From the NCBI GenBank assembly GCA_947458335.1, contig CANGYW010000001.1:1-52415 (forward strand): a stretch of DNA of 52,415 nt, given 5' to 3'. A program made the translations under genes and the position numbers. Numbering within the stretch: the stretch's first letter is position 1; each line of letters opens with the position of its first letter. Below, piece by piece: positions 40,503 through 49,910 of the stretch. This DNA is from Chitinophagaceae bacterium (GTDB lineage: Bacteria; Bacteroidota; Bacteroidia; Chitinophagales; Chitinophagaceae). Under the pieces are notes generated by a model, which was not told the DNA's origin, made no database searches, and was given only the letters and a program-made list of their open reading frames with translations.

Positions 40503-43094
40503 TCAGAACCGGAGAGTTACACTAGTAAAGAAATTTAGCCCAAATGCATAGAACAAACGAGGGGGAAACTTACCCACCTCTACCGGATCTGCTGCATTTT
40601 GTTGTTGATCGTATCTCAACTGCTCAAAACCACCTGTTACGATATTTCGGTTATTGAGCAGATTATTGATGCCGGCATTGAAAACTAAGAATGTAGACTT
40701 CTTGTTAATCTCATAACGCTTGGGAAGCTTCCAAGAGTAACCTCCAAAAAAGTCCACGGTCTGCTGAGCATCCACTTTCTGCTGATTGAATACCTGCTTG
40801 TATCCGCTGGTTCCTGGCGTTAAAAACTGAAGAGCATCCCAGGTACGACGAAGTGGATTGATGGCCAGATAAGACTGATCAAAGTAGCTGCCTGTCAAAC
40901 TCAAGAACCAAAATTTAGGAGAGCGGTAATTGAGTGATATACTGTAGGCCTCCATAGGAGTTGAGGGAATCCTGAAGTTTTCGGCATAAATGATATCGCG
41001 CCCTAATTCCGTGGCGCTATTATCTACAGTAATGATAGCTTGTTGCTTACTATCGAAATAATAGCGCCCGACAGAAGCCGCCATATTAATGGTGAGTGTA
41101 GAGGATAACCGGGCCTCTACACCAAACTCTCCTCCTACATGCAACTTGTCAATCCCACTGATAGCATAATTGACAAAATTCTGATAGAAATCATGGTAGA
41201 AGATCATGACATCCATTCCTTTTCGAAATTGGGTATAATACCCGCCCAACTTCACTCTAAACCGGGGAGCATTGAGCACATAGCCCGCCTCGCCTGTAAG
41301 AATCTCTTCGCTTTGCAGCTGTTCCTGCTGGGCATTACGTGTGCGAGGGGAGATATAAATATTCTCGAAATAAGGTGCACGAGTCAAGTAAGACCCATTT
41401 ACAAAAAGGTAATTTCTACCATCAATTTTATAGGTAACTCCTGCCTTTGCGGCATAATTTAAAAAGGTGTTGATGGCGCCCTTTCCGTAGGAATCATTGG
41501 GAAAGATTCCATTTCGCACATTGCCCTGGCGGTAGAACCGGGTATGAGAGGCCTGCCCCGCTACAAAAACATCCCAATTATCAAATTGAAAAACGCCTTG
41601 CCACCAAGCAGCCGCGCGGCTGATATTTAAATTATAATCATAACCAAAGCGATCCCCAACTTTTAGAATTCGGTTCGGAATGTCCACATCAAATTGATTG
41701 GCTGTACCACCCATCCCAAAGTCTCTTTCGGCAAACTGGTTTAGATTAACATAAAAGTCTCCACCGAGAAGATCATCAACCTTTTTGTAATATCGGTTTT
41801 GCTGGGACTGGTACGAGAGCCCAGCCGTCATATCGAGATGCTCCCCTATACGCGTATTGAGCACGGAATTAAAATTGAAACGTTGCGTATTGATAATCCT
41901 ATTCTCGATAATATAGCGAGAACGTAACCCCGAAATATTATTACCGTTTATACCATTCGCATTGGCGATAGTCGTGTAACTCGCCCGATTGATATCATAC
42001 AACCGCTGCCAGTTAATTTGCCGAAGGGAAATATCATTACGCATCAGGTCAGAAAGCCTCGCTGCTTGTGCGGCATCGGGCGTAGAGGCCCAGGTGCCGG
42101 TATAACTGGGCAGGTAGCGATAGTAATCAGGACGTGGGTCGGCAGCATTATACCAATCGAAAGCGGTAACAGATCGGTCGCCAAAGGAATAACTGGCTGC
42201 AGTAGTAAGCGTCGTGTTATTGCGCAATCGAAATTCATGATTGAGTATGGCTACCGGTTGATGCGTTCTTCCAACACTTACATTTCGCTTACGACCATTT
42301 TGATATCCCCAATTGGGATTATAGTAATTAGTACCGGCCAGATCCAGCATCTCTTGAACGGCGGGTCCTTGCCTCCCGTTTTCGGTGGGCGCATCAAAAA
42401 GAGTCAAAGAAAGTAAATGGCGCTGGTTAATCCTTTTGTCGACACTCGCAAAAAAAGCCCAACCATCATAATGTGTACCAGGCACATACCCCTCATCGGC
42501 CCAGCGTCGACTTCCACTCAACGAAAGAGCCCACCCCTTTTGATTTATGCCGGTTGAGTGCGTAAGCATAATTCTATTATTATACGTTCGGTTAGAAGCA
42601 GCATAGCTGATCTGCGTCTGCGCCCGCTGCCGGCTGGCCCTTGCATCAATATTTGTATTACCTCCGATATCTCCAAATGTGAAGGTATTATAACGAAGGC
42701 CCCAAGACACATCTCGATTACGCATAACATCGTTGAGACCGCCCCACAGGCCAAAGGGGGTAAAACCGTTATCGAGATTATCCATCGGAACCCCATTTAA
42801 AAAAGTACTGAAATGATCGTTGTCGTACCCTCTGATACGGAAACGAACTGCACTAAAATTAAAGGCTGCAGCCGAAAAGAAAGGATCCCGACCAGCCGTA
42901 AGAAGAGAGGAGACGTTTTGATTTCCTCCATCTCCCAAATCGTTGTCGTCGATCGATACAGTAGGAATATTATCTAGAATGCCGTCTTTTATTTCTTCGA
43001 TGAGTGAGCTATCTTTTCGAGAAGTAGAGTCGATCTGGGCCGACACTGGAGCAGCGGCCAAAAGCCCCAGAAGCAGTAGCAGGTACAAGCGCAT
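40503..43094 (-). CDS. TonB-dependent receptor (non-SusC type)
   Basis: Signal peptide, plug RIRGYD...NGVPM, WGGLND, YNPNWGYQNG, DLLGG, NNLLN, terminal Phe. Start moved to ATG 43094. Confidence 0.85.
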   Translation of the reverse strand: MRLYLLLLLGLLAAAPVSAQIDSTSRKDSSLIEEIKDGILDNIPTVSIDDNDLGDGGNQNVSSLLTAGRDPFFSAAAFNFSAVRFRIRGYDNDHFSTFLNGVPMDNLDNGFTPFGLWGGLNDVMRNRDVSWGLRYNTFTFGDIGGNTNIDARASRQRAQTQISYAASNRTYNNRIMLTHSTGINQKGWALSLSGSRRWADEGYVPGTHYDGWAFFASVDKRINQRHLLSLTLFDAPTENGRQGPAVQEMLDLAGTNYYNPNWGYQNGRKRNVSVGRTHQPVAILNHEFRLRNNTTLTTAASYSFGDRSVTAFDWYNAADPRPDYYRYLPSYTGTWASTPDAAQAARLSDLMRNDISLRQINWQRLYDINRASYTTIANANGINGNNISGLRSRYIIENRIINTQRFNFNSVLNTRIGEHLDMTAGLSYQSQQNRYYKKVDDLLGGDFYVNLNQFAERDFGMGGTANQFDVDIPNRILKVGDRFGYDYNLNISRAAAWWQGVFQFDNWDVFVAGQASHTRFYRQGNVRNGIFPNDSYGKGAINTFLNYAAKAGVTYKIDGRNYLFVNGSYLTRAPYFENIYISPRTRNAQQEQLQSEEILTGEAGYVLNAPRFRVKLGGYYTQFRKGMDVMIFYHDFYQNFVNYAISGIDKLHVGGEFGVEARLSSTLTINMAASVGRYYFDSKQQAIITVDNSATELGRDIIYAENFRIPSTPMEAYSISLNYRSPKFWFLSLTGSYFDQSYLAINPLRRTWDALQFLTPGTSGYKQVFNQQKVDAQQTVDFFGGYSWKLPKRYEINKKSTFLVFNAGINNLLNNRNIVTGGFEQLRYDQQQNAADPVEVGKFPPRLFYAFGLNFFTSVTLRF

Positions 43095-43240
43095 GTAGTT
43101 TGGTTTAAGCAACGGAGCAAATTTATTAGGATCGGCCGGTATGCGTACCAAAAGTTAGACACATAACAATAACATCATACCCTTTGATTTCTGAAGAAGG
43201 CCATTCAATTTCTGTACATTCGCAACGCTTACTCGCTTGC

Positions 43241-44284
43241 ATGAAAAAATTTGTATTATTCATTGGTGCCTTGCTTTGTGTCGGCGGCTTGCTGGCCCAA
43301 AAAAAACAATATAGATCGGCCGTGTTGGCCTTTTATAACCTCGAAAATTTATTTGACACTGTCAACAATACTCTCATCAACGACGAGGAGTTCTTACCAG
43401 GCGGAGTTCGCAACTATAATACCCGTATCTACCAAGATAAGTTGGGTAAACTGGCCACCGTTATCGCTCAGATTGGAGCGGAGTTTAATCCTGATGGGCC
43501 AGCCCTGCTGGGTGTGTCTGAGATCGAAAACGATACGGTACTGAGTGATTTGGTCAAACAACCTTTGATCGCCTCCAGGCGCTACCGCTGGGTTCACTAC
43601 GATTCAAAAGATGCCAGAGGCGTGGATGTGGGTTTGCTGTACAATCCCCTGTACTTTACACCCGAAATAAGCGATAAGCTCTACGTAGCCTTACCCAGTG
43701 GATCAAAAGACGCTTATTACACTAGAGATATCTTATGGGTCAAAGGAAAACTTGATGGTGAAACCATTCATGTATATGTTAACCACTGGCCCAGCCGAAG
43801 CGGCGGCGAAAAAAGAAGTGAACCTGGTCGGATCGCTGCAGCACAAGTCTGCCGTCGGCACATAGACAGCATTCTTTCATCAGAACCCAAGGCAAAAATT
43901 ATAGTGATGGGCGATCTTAATGACGACCCCGTTAATAAAAGTGTCAATCGCGTATTACTGGCTAACGGAAATGCCGGCCCGGATAGTTCACATTTTCTCT
44001 ACAACCCCTGGTGGGACCTCTACAAAAAGGGGATTGGCACCCTTGCCTATCAAGACGCATGGGGACTTTTCGACCAAATAATACTTTCTAGACCCTGGCT
44101 ACAAAAAGAACAGCACGGATTCTTTTTTTACAAACCACAGGTATTTAATCGAGAATTCTTAGTGGAAAACAATGGGCGCTACAAGGGCTATCCGATGCGT
44201 ACCTGGGATGGTAATTCTTATCGGGGCGGATATAGCGATCATTTTCCCAGCTACATATTGGTTATCAAGGAGATAAATAAGTAG
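43241..44284 (+). CDS. Secreted endonuclease/exonuclease/phosphatase (EEP) family protein
   Basis: Signal peptide, FYNLENLFD, EIEN, D.RG.DVGLLY, NHWPSR, GDLND, FDQI, SDHFP. Confidence 0.9.
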   Translation: MKKFVLFIGALLCVGGLLAQKKQYRSAVLAFYNLENLFDTVNNTLINDEEFLPGGVRNYNTRIYQDKLGKLATVIAQIGAEFNPDGPALLGVSEIENDTVLSDLVKQPLIASRRYRWVHYDSKDARGVDVGLLYNPLYFTPEISDKLYVALPSGSKDAYYTRDILWVKGKLDGETIHVYVNHWPSRSGGEKRSEPGRIAAAQVCRRHIDSILSSEPKAKIIVMGDLNDDPVNKSVNRVLLANGNAGPDSSHFLYNPWWDLYKKGIGTLAYQDAWGLFDQIILSRPWLQKEQHGFFFYKPQVFNREFLVENNGRYKGYPMRTWDGNSYRGGYSDHFPSYILVIKEINK

Positions 44285-44294
44285 TCTCTGCCGC

Positions 44295-44325
44295 TTGCCT
44301 GCTGCCGCAAAATCCCCTATCTTTG
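44295..44325 (+). promoter_or_regulatory. Promoter of rpsF-rpsR-rplI
   Basis: TTG, 20 nt spacer, TATCTTTG (44318-44325). Confidence 0.7.
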
Positions 44326-44439
44326 CCGCCCCAAATCTGTGTTCGCAGATTCTTTGCGGCCTCAACCTCCGCAATGTCCAATGGGAGAAATCGAATTTTT
44401 AACCCTTTCCGCATCAAACCGGAAACAAAAAAAAGGTAC

Positions 44440-44796
44440 ATGAACAATTACGAACTGATGGTGATCTTCACCCCTGTTCTGAGCGACGAAGAGTTCAAAG
44501 CTGCGCAAAAAAAATATGCGAAGCTGGTAACCGACAACGGCGGTGCTGTTGTAGCAGAGAACGCTTGGGGCCTGAAATCACTGGCCTACCCCATCCAGAA
44601 AAAGACGACCGGATTGTACTGGGTACTGGAGTACACCGCAGCTGCGGACTTCAATGAAAAACTGAAAATCCAGTTGCTCCGCGACGAAGCCGTACTTCGT
44701 CATCTTTGCACTAAACTCGACAAATACGCCGTCGAGTACAATGCACGTAAGAGAAGTGGCGTAAAATCTGGAAACGAAAAAGCAGTGGAGGCTTAA
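44440..44796 (+). CDS. rpsF: 30S ribosomal protein S6
   Basis: [27 protein letters not shown]. Confidence 0.97.
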   Translation: MNNYELMVIFTPVLSDEEFKAAQKKYAKLVTDNGGAVVAENAWGLKSLAYPIQKKTTGLYWVLEYTAAADFNEKLKIQLLRDEAVLRHLCTKLDKYAVEYNARKRSGVKSGNEKAVEA

Positions 44797-44800
44797 TAGT

Positions 44801-45064
44801 ATGGCAAAGAACGAAATCAAATACCTGACGGCTATAAAATCTGACAAACGCGTCAAAAAGTTTTGCCGTTTTAAGAAATACGGTATCCGCTACATCGATT
44901 ATAAAGACGTTGAGTTTCTTAAAAAGTTCCTCAACGAGCAAGGTAAATTGCTCCCCCGTCGTTTAAGCGGAAACAGCCTTAAATTTCAGCGCAAAGTTTC
45001 TGATGCGGTCAAGAAAGCCCGCCAGATGGCGCTGTTGCCTTATGTAACTGATCTTTTAAAATAA
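44801..45064 (+). CDS. rpsR: 30S ribosomal protein S18
   Basis: IDYKD...[16 protein letters not shown]...AVK.AR..ALLPY. Confidence 0.98.
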   Translation: MAKNEIKYLTAIKSDKRVKKFCRFKKYGIRYIDYKDVEFLKKFLNEQGKLLPRRLSGNSLKFQRKVSDAVKKARQMALLPYVTDLLK

Positions 45065-45129
45065 CCTCACCCTAACTCCTTTTACGGAAGACAGCCTACA
45101 TGGCTGGGTCGGTGAACAAAAGAAACAAC

Positions 45130-45576
45130 ATGGATATCATCTTAATTCAAGACGTAGATAACCTAGGTGCCGCTAACGAAGTGGTAAAAGTAAAAAATGG
45201 TTACGCGCGTAATTTCTTACTGCCTCGCAAACTGGCCGTAGAGAATAGCCCTAGCAACAATAAACAATTGCAAGAGCGTCTCAAGCAGGTCCGCAAAAAA
45301 GAAGAGCAGATGCTGGCACAGATCAACAGCGTCATTGCCAAACTGAATGAAGGTCCTATTAAGCTGACTGCCAAGACAGGCACCAGTGGAAAGATCTTTG
45401 GAAGCATCACCTCGCTTCAAATGACACGTGCCATTCGCGAACAAAAAGGATTCGAGATCGATCGCAAAAAAATCAGCCTCCCCGAAGAGCTGAAAGAGCT
45501 GGGCAGCTACAAAGCCCAAATCGACTTTGGTAACGGGAAGACCGCCGAAGTAGATTTTGATGTGATCGCAGAATAA
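45130..45576 (+). CDS. rplI: 50S ribosomal protein L9
   Basis: IILIQDV.NLG, VKNGYARNFLLP, GKIFGSIT. Confidence 0.97.
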   Translation: MDIILIQDVDNLGAANEVVKVKNGYARNFLLPRKLAVENSPSNNKQLQERLKQVRKKEEQMLAQINSVIAKLNEGPIKLTAKTGTSGKIFGSITSLQMTRAIREQKGFEIDRKKISLPEELKELGSYKAQIDFGNGKTAEVDFDVIAE

Positions 45577-45599
45577 TTTGTTATAGAACTGAACGAACC

Positions 45600-45626
45600 A
45601 AGCCCTCCTTTTGGAGGGCTTTTTTT
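45600..45626 (+). terminator. Intrinsic terminator after rplI
   Basis: AAGCCCTCC-tttt-GGAGGGCTT followed by a T-run. Confidence 0.9.
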
Positions 45627-45833
45627 ATACGTAGCCTATTGTTGATCAACTATTTGAATGAATTTTTTCTTGATTCCTTAACAATTTATCCCCAGAATTG
45701 AAAATTATGCTTAACTTGCCTGGCTATTGGTGCTCTTTCAGTTTTGCATGTCCGGAACGATTCGTCACAACGTTGAATGTTCTTATGGTACTGTTTACTG
45801 TTGACACTGTTTATTGTTTAAAAACGTATTAAA

Positions 45834-46223
45834 ATGAACATTTACGTAGGAAATCTGAGCTGGAACCTCAAAGATCAGGATCTGCTCAATCTTTTTGCAT
45901 CGCATGGCGAAGTAGCCTCTGCTAAAATCGTCACTGACAAATTCACTGGCCGTAGCAAAGGTTTCGGTTTTGTGGAAATGCCTAACGACGATCAGGCACA
46001 AGCTGCCATTGCAGCCCTTAACGGAACAGAAGTTGACGGCCGTAATGTGGTAGTCAACGAAAGTCGTCCCAAGCCCGAAGGTGGCGGCGGCGGCGGTTAC
46101 AAAAAACGCAGCTTTGGCGGCGGCGGCGGCGGTTACCGTGGTGGTAACGGCGGTGGCGGTGGCTATCGTGGCGGAAACGGCGGTGGTTACAACCGCGAGG
46201 GTTTCAACAACGGCGATTTTTAA
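45834..46223 (+). CDS. RRM RNA-binding protein with Gly-rich tail
   Basis: RNP2 IYVGNL, RNP1 KGFGFVEM, GGGGGY/RGG repeats. Confidence 0.95.
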   Translation: MNIYVGNLSWNLKDQDLLNLFASHGEVASAKIVTDKFTGRSKGFGFVEMPNDDQAQAAIAALNGTEVDGRNVVVNESRPKPEGGGGGGYKKRSFGGGGGGYRGGNGGGGGYRGGNGGGYNREGFNNGDF

Positions 46224-46264
46224 TGCAAGCGGTTTAGAACCGCTTCTCATTCAATAAAAGCTGC

Positions 46265-46296
46265 AGTCCGGTCTCTGAGAGACCGGACTTTTTTTT
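46265..46296 (+). terminator. Intrinsic terminator after the RRM gene
   Basis: AGTCCGGTCTC-tga-GAGACCGGACT followed by a T-run. Confidence 0.92.
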
Positions 46297-46313
46297 GTTA
46301 CCTTCGCCCCACC

Positions 46314-47849
46314 ATGACAGAGAAGATTCTGATCCTCGATTTTGGATCGCAATACACCCAATTGATTGCCCGTGCCATTCGAGAATTAAATGTCTACTGC
46401 GAGATCGTTCCTTTCAACAAACCCATTTCTTTCGACATCGCCTTAAAAGGAATCATCCTTTCGGGTTCTCCGTTTTCTGTCAACGAAACTAATGCTCCTG
46501 CTCTCGATATTGAAGGGCTCATCAAGCACGTACCCGTATTGGGCATCTGCTATGGAGCACAGCTAACGGCCAAGTGTTTTGGTGGAACTGTAGCCAAAAG
46601 CGATAAAAGAGAGTATGGCAGAGCTCAACTGCTCATTCAGCGAGAAGATCCCTTTGTACAGGGACTCGATAAGACCACCCAAGTGTGGATGAGCCATAGC
46701 GACTCCATCAAGTCCCTTCCCGACACCTTCGAATTGCTAGCCACTACCGAGAGTATTCCTATCGCAGCCTTTAAGAAAACAAGTACCGATACCAACCCGC
46801 TATATGGGGTGCAGTTTCATCCCGAGGTCTATCACTCGACACAAGGAAAATTACTACTCAGAAATTTTTTGATTGGCATTTGTGGTTGTTCGCAAGACTG
46901 GACCGCTGCTCACTTTATTACCGATAGTGTGAAAGCGCTGCAACAGCAGATCGGCCAACGAAAGGTGATTATGGCACTTAGTGGTGGCGTTGATTCTACA
47001 GTAGCTGCGACACTGATTCACCGAGCCATCGGCGATCGGCTAGTAGGCATTTTTGTCGATAACGGAGTACTACGCAAAGATGAATTCGAAAACGTATTGC
47101 AATCGTACCGAGAGATCGGGTTGAATGTAACTGGTATTGATGCCCGCGAGCGTTTTTATTCGGCGCTGGCCGGTAAAACTGACCCAGAGCAAAAAAGAAA
47201 AGCCATCGGTTCACTTTTTATTGATGTATTTCAAGAAGAAGCTAAAAAACTAAGCGGGTTTGAACTGCTGGGTCAAGGCACTATCTATCCTGATGTAATT
47301 GAAAGCGTATCTGTACATGGCCCTTCAGTTACCATTAAATCGCATCATAATGTGGGAGGCTTACCTGCACACTTGCACTTAGAGTTAGTCGAGCCGCTAC
47401 GCTTATTATTTAAAGACGAAGTCAGAAAGATCGGACTTGAGCTGGGTATACCGTCCGAAATGATTGGAAGACATCCTTTTCCCGGACCTGGCTTGGCCAT
47501 TCGCATTCTGGGCGAAGTAACTGCCGAACGCGTACAATTGCTACAAGAGGCCGATGCCATTTTTATTCGATCGCTCAAAGAAAAAGATCTATACGCATCA
47601 GTTTGGCAGGCAGGTGCCATCTTATTACCTGTTAAAACGGTGGGAGTAATGGGAGATGAACGTACCTATGAGTACACGGTGGCGCTGCGGGCCGTGACCA
47701 GTGTTGATGGTATGACCGCCGACTGGGCGCATCTACCCTATTCTTTTTTAGCCGACCTGTCTAATGATATCATTAACCAGGTGCGTGGCATCAACCGTGT
47801 CGTTTATGATATTAGCAGCAAACCTCCGGCCACCATTGAGTGGGAATAA
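46314..47849 (+). CDS. guaA: GMP synthase (glutamine-hydrolysing)
   Basis: [53 protein letters not shown]. Confidence 0.98.
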   Translation: MTEKILILDFGSQYTQLIARAIRELNVYCEIVPFNKPISFDIALKGIILSGSPFSVNETNAPALDIEGLIKHVPVLGICYGAQLTAKCFGGTVAKSDKREYGRAQLLIQREDPFVQGLDKTTQVWMSHSDSIKSLPDTFELLATTESIPIAAFKKTSTDTNPLYGVQFHPEVYHSTQGKLLLRNFLIGICGCSQDWTAAHFITDSVKALQQQIGQRKVIMALSGGVDSTVAATLIHRAIGDRLVGIFVDNGVLRKDEFENVLQSYREIGLNVTGIDARERFYSALAGKTDPEQKRKAIGSLFIDVFQEEAKKLSGFELLGQGTIYPDVIESVSVHGPSVTIKSHHNVGGLPAHLHLELVEPLRLLFKDEVRKIGLELGIPSEMIGRHPFPGPGLAIRILGEVTAERVQLLQEADAIFIRSLKEKDLYASVWQAGAILLPVKTVGVMGDERTYEYTVALRAVTSVDGMTADWAHLPYSFLADLSNDIINQVRGINRVVYDISSKPPATIEWE

Positions 47850-47861
47850 TGCTTTTTCGCT

Positions 47862-49064
47862 ATGAGAAAAAGTTGGCTCTTCTTGCTTTTTTTATTGAGT
47901 ATAGGCGTGATGATACCACGCGTGGCACTAGAGGCACAGCCACAGGCAACGCCTGAAAAAAAAATCAGGATCGCCCTCTTTGCCCCACTTTACCTAGACT
48001 CCGCATTCGACAAAAACAGCGAGTATCGCTACGGACCTAAACAATTTCCAAAATTCATAGTACCAGGTCTGGAGTTTTATGAAGGTGCTCTACTGGCACT
48101 CGACTCGCTACGAAAAGAAGGAGTCGCTATAGAGCTACTTGTATTCGATAACAAAGCGGCCCATAAAACTATTGACGCGCAACTCAGCAGCCCAGCTTGC
48201 CAAGGGGTTGATCTTATTATCACCTATTGCTCAGCTTCCGAATTAAAGCTTTTTGCCAACGCAGGTAAAGAAAGAAAAATCCCTGTTGTCAATATCAATC
48301 TGCCCAATGACGGGGGCGTGTTGCAAAACCCATATCTCGTACTACTCAACTCAACACTGCCCTCGCAATGCCAGAGCATTTATAGTTATATCCGTAACCG
48401 ATTTTCGAAACACCAATTGGTTGTCTTTCAAAAAAAAGGAGCCCTCGAAACAAGAATCCGCTCTTACATCGAAGAGGCTGCCCGAAAAAGAGGCGGCACA
48501 TCGTCTCCGATAAAATTTGTGGAGCTAACCGATAGCTTTACTGTACAACAACTCATTCCCTGGCTCGATACCCTTAAGTCTACGATGTGCTGGGTAGGCA
48601 GCGTAGAAGAGAATTTTGGAAAACGCATCTGCCAGCAACTAGCTGGACTAGCCAAACAACGCTATAAACTAACCGTAATGGGAATGCCTACTTGGGACGG
48701 CATAAAAGAGTTTTCAAAAACGGAGTACCGTGGCGCAGATCTTTTCTTCTGCACTCCTTTTTACTCACCCCGCACCGATAGTCTAAGCCAGTCTATTGAA
48801 ACTTTCTTTGGAAGTCAACTTTATGCTCGTCCCAGTGATATGGTATTAAGAGGCTATGAGGCTGTTTGGCGATTTTCGAAATTGATACTCCGGTATCAAA
48901 AAGATATCACACTTCATTTAGGTAGTAGAGAGTTCGCCCTATTTCGCGAAACAGATGTTCAACCCACCATCTTTGCGACACAGCCTGGGGTAATACAATA
49001 CTACGAGAACAAAAAACTTTACTACCTAAAATGGCAGGACGGTTTTTTGAAGCCGGCTAATTGA
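47862..49064 (+). CDS. Periplasmic-binding-fold (type 1) secreted protein
   Basis: Signal peptide, IALFAPL, LEFYEG..LA.DSL...G, V.D motif typical of guaA-adjacent Bacteroidota proteins. Confidence 0.65.
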   Translation: MRKSWLFLLFLLSIGVMIPRVALEAQPQATPEKKIRIALFAPLYLDSAFDKNSEYRYGPKQFPKFIVPGLEFYEGALLALDSLRKEGVAIELLVFDNKAAHKTIDAQLSSPACQGVDLIITYCSASELKLFANAGKERKIPVVNINLPNDGGVLQNPYLVLLNSTLPSQCQSIYSYIRNRFSKHQLVVFQKKGALETRIRSYIEEAARKRGGTSSPIKFVELTDSFTVQQLIPWLDTLKSTMCWVGSVEENFGKRICQQLAGLAKQRYKLTVMGMPTWDGIKEFSKTEYRGADLFFCTPFYSPRTDSLSQSIETFFGSQLYARPSDMVLRGYEAVWRFSKLILRYQKDITLHLGSREFALFRETDVQPTIFATQPGVIQYYENKKLYYLKWQDGFLKPAN

Positions 49065-49806
49065 TCTTCTTTTTTAGTGAGGTGACCTGCTGTTGTAAGT
49101 CAGAAACTACATTAGCAAGCTGATTCATATCCCAGCGATGCTGTGTATTGGCTTTAGAAATTACGACCTGTGCCTGCCACATCTCCAATACTTCATCTGT
49201 ATTTACAGTATAAGGATGAAAGATTGGATTATCGCTGACAAGCGTGAGTTTATCACGCTGTTTAGTGCTTTTCTGTACTCGTTTGTAAACAATGCCCTCA
49301 TTCCTTGAGATAACGATACAAGGAGTATTCTGCTTGACGTCTTCTAGATCATTTACTTTCTCGCCCACGATGACCGAACCACTCGGGGTAGGCAGCATTG
49401 AATCACCGATAATCTCAAAGGCGCGATAATTGCCGCCGGTCAGCATCGGAAGGGTAAACGTATTAAGCTCGTCAATAAACTCAGGATCGGCATAGCCGGC
49501 CAGATATCCGGCAGCAGCTTTTACCGGCACAAAGGGAATTTCAGCAGGACCGGCATTCATTTTCAAAGACCTTCTTTTAGCCAGGTAATTAGCCTTGTTA
49601 TCGCTCAGGTCCTTTCGCAACAGTTCGTCCATTGTCAACTTGAAAATATCACAGACAGCCTCAAGTACTTCGAAACGAGGCTCTGCCCGCTCCTCTTCGT
49701 AGGCACCGAGTAGCGATCTTTTTATATTGAGTTTAATGGCAAACTCCTCTTGGGTCCAGCCGCGGAGCTTGCGCAGATACTTCAGATTTTGATTGGAAAG
49801 TGCCAT
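49057..49806 (-). CDS. lexA: XRE-HTH + peptidase S24 repressor (non-canonical LexA-like)
   Basis: HTH LRK..G.TQEEFA...YEEERAEP, cleavage site AAAGY, catalytic GDSM and VYKR, L.SDN. Confidence 0.8.
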   Translation of the reverse strand: MALSNQNLKYLRKLRGWTQEEFAIKLNIKRSLLGAYEEERAEPRFEVLEAVCDIFKLTMDELLRKDLSDNKANYLAKRRSLKMNAGPAEIPFVPVKAAAGYLAGYADPEFIDELNTFTLPMLTGGNYRAFEIIGDSMLPTPSGSVIVGEKVNDLEDVKQNTPCIVISRNEGIVYKRVQKSTKQRDKLTLVSDNPIFHPYTVNTDEVLEMWQAQVVISKANTQHRWDMNQLANVVSDLQQQVTSLKKKIN

Positions 49807-49812
49807 GTTTGT

Positions 49813-49866
49813 CTAATTTATTTAGTTGCAAAATACTAATATTTTTAGAATTTCCAAATTTTTTAG
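49813..49866. promoter_or_regulatory. Three CTAA-N5-TTAG operator boxes
   Basis: CTAAtttatTTAG 49813-49825, CTAAtatttTTAG 49836-49848, CCAAattttTTAG 49854-49866. Confidence 0.8.
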
Positions 49867-49910
49867 CTGGCATTTTGGGATACGCTAAAAATCAAGGACT
49901 TTTACAATCC

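Noticed and set aside
44323-44439. N-terminal extensions given by the ORF track (rpsF, and likewise folE, scoA, surE, phrB, bamD, TBDR)
   Set aside because: The extensions run through promoter elements or neighbouring genes; family similarity begins at the downstream ATG.
46079-46190. GGC-rich repeats as CRISPR or VNTR
   Set aside because: They encode the glycine-rich protein tail; there is no repeat-spacer structure.
45795-46250. 151-aa Ala/Thr-rich minus-strand ORF
   Set aside because: Mirror of the GGC/GGT glycine repeats of the RRM gene.
49057-49806. Prophage CI repressor
   Set aside because: No phage genes nearby; housekeeping context and CTAA-N5-TTAG boxes fit a host LexA-like regulator.
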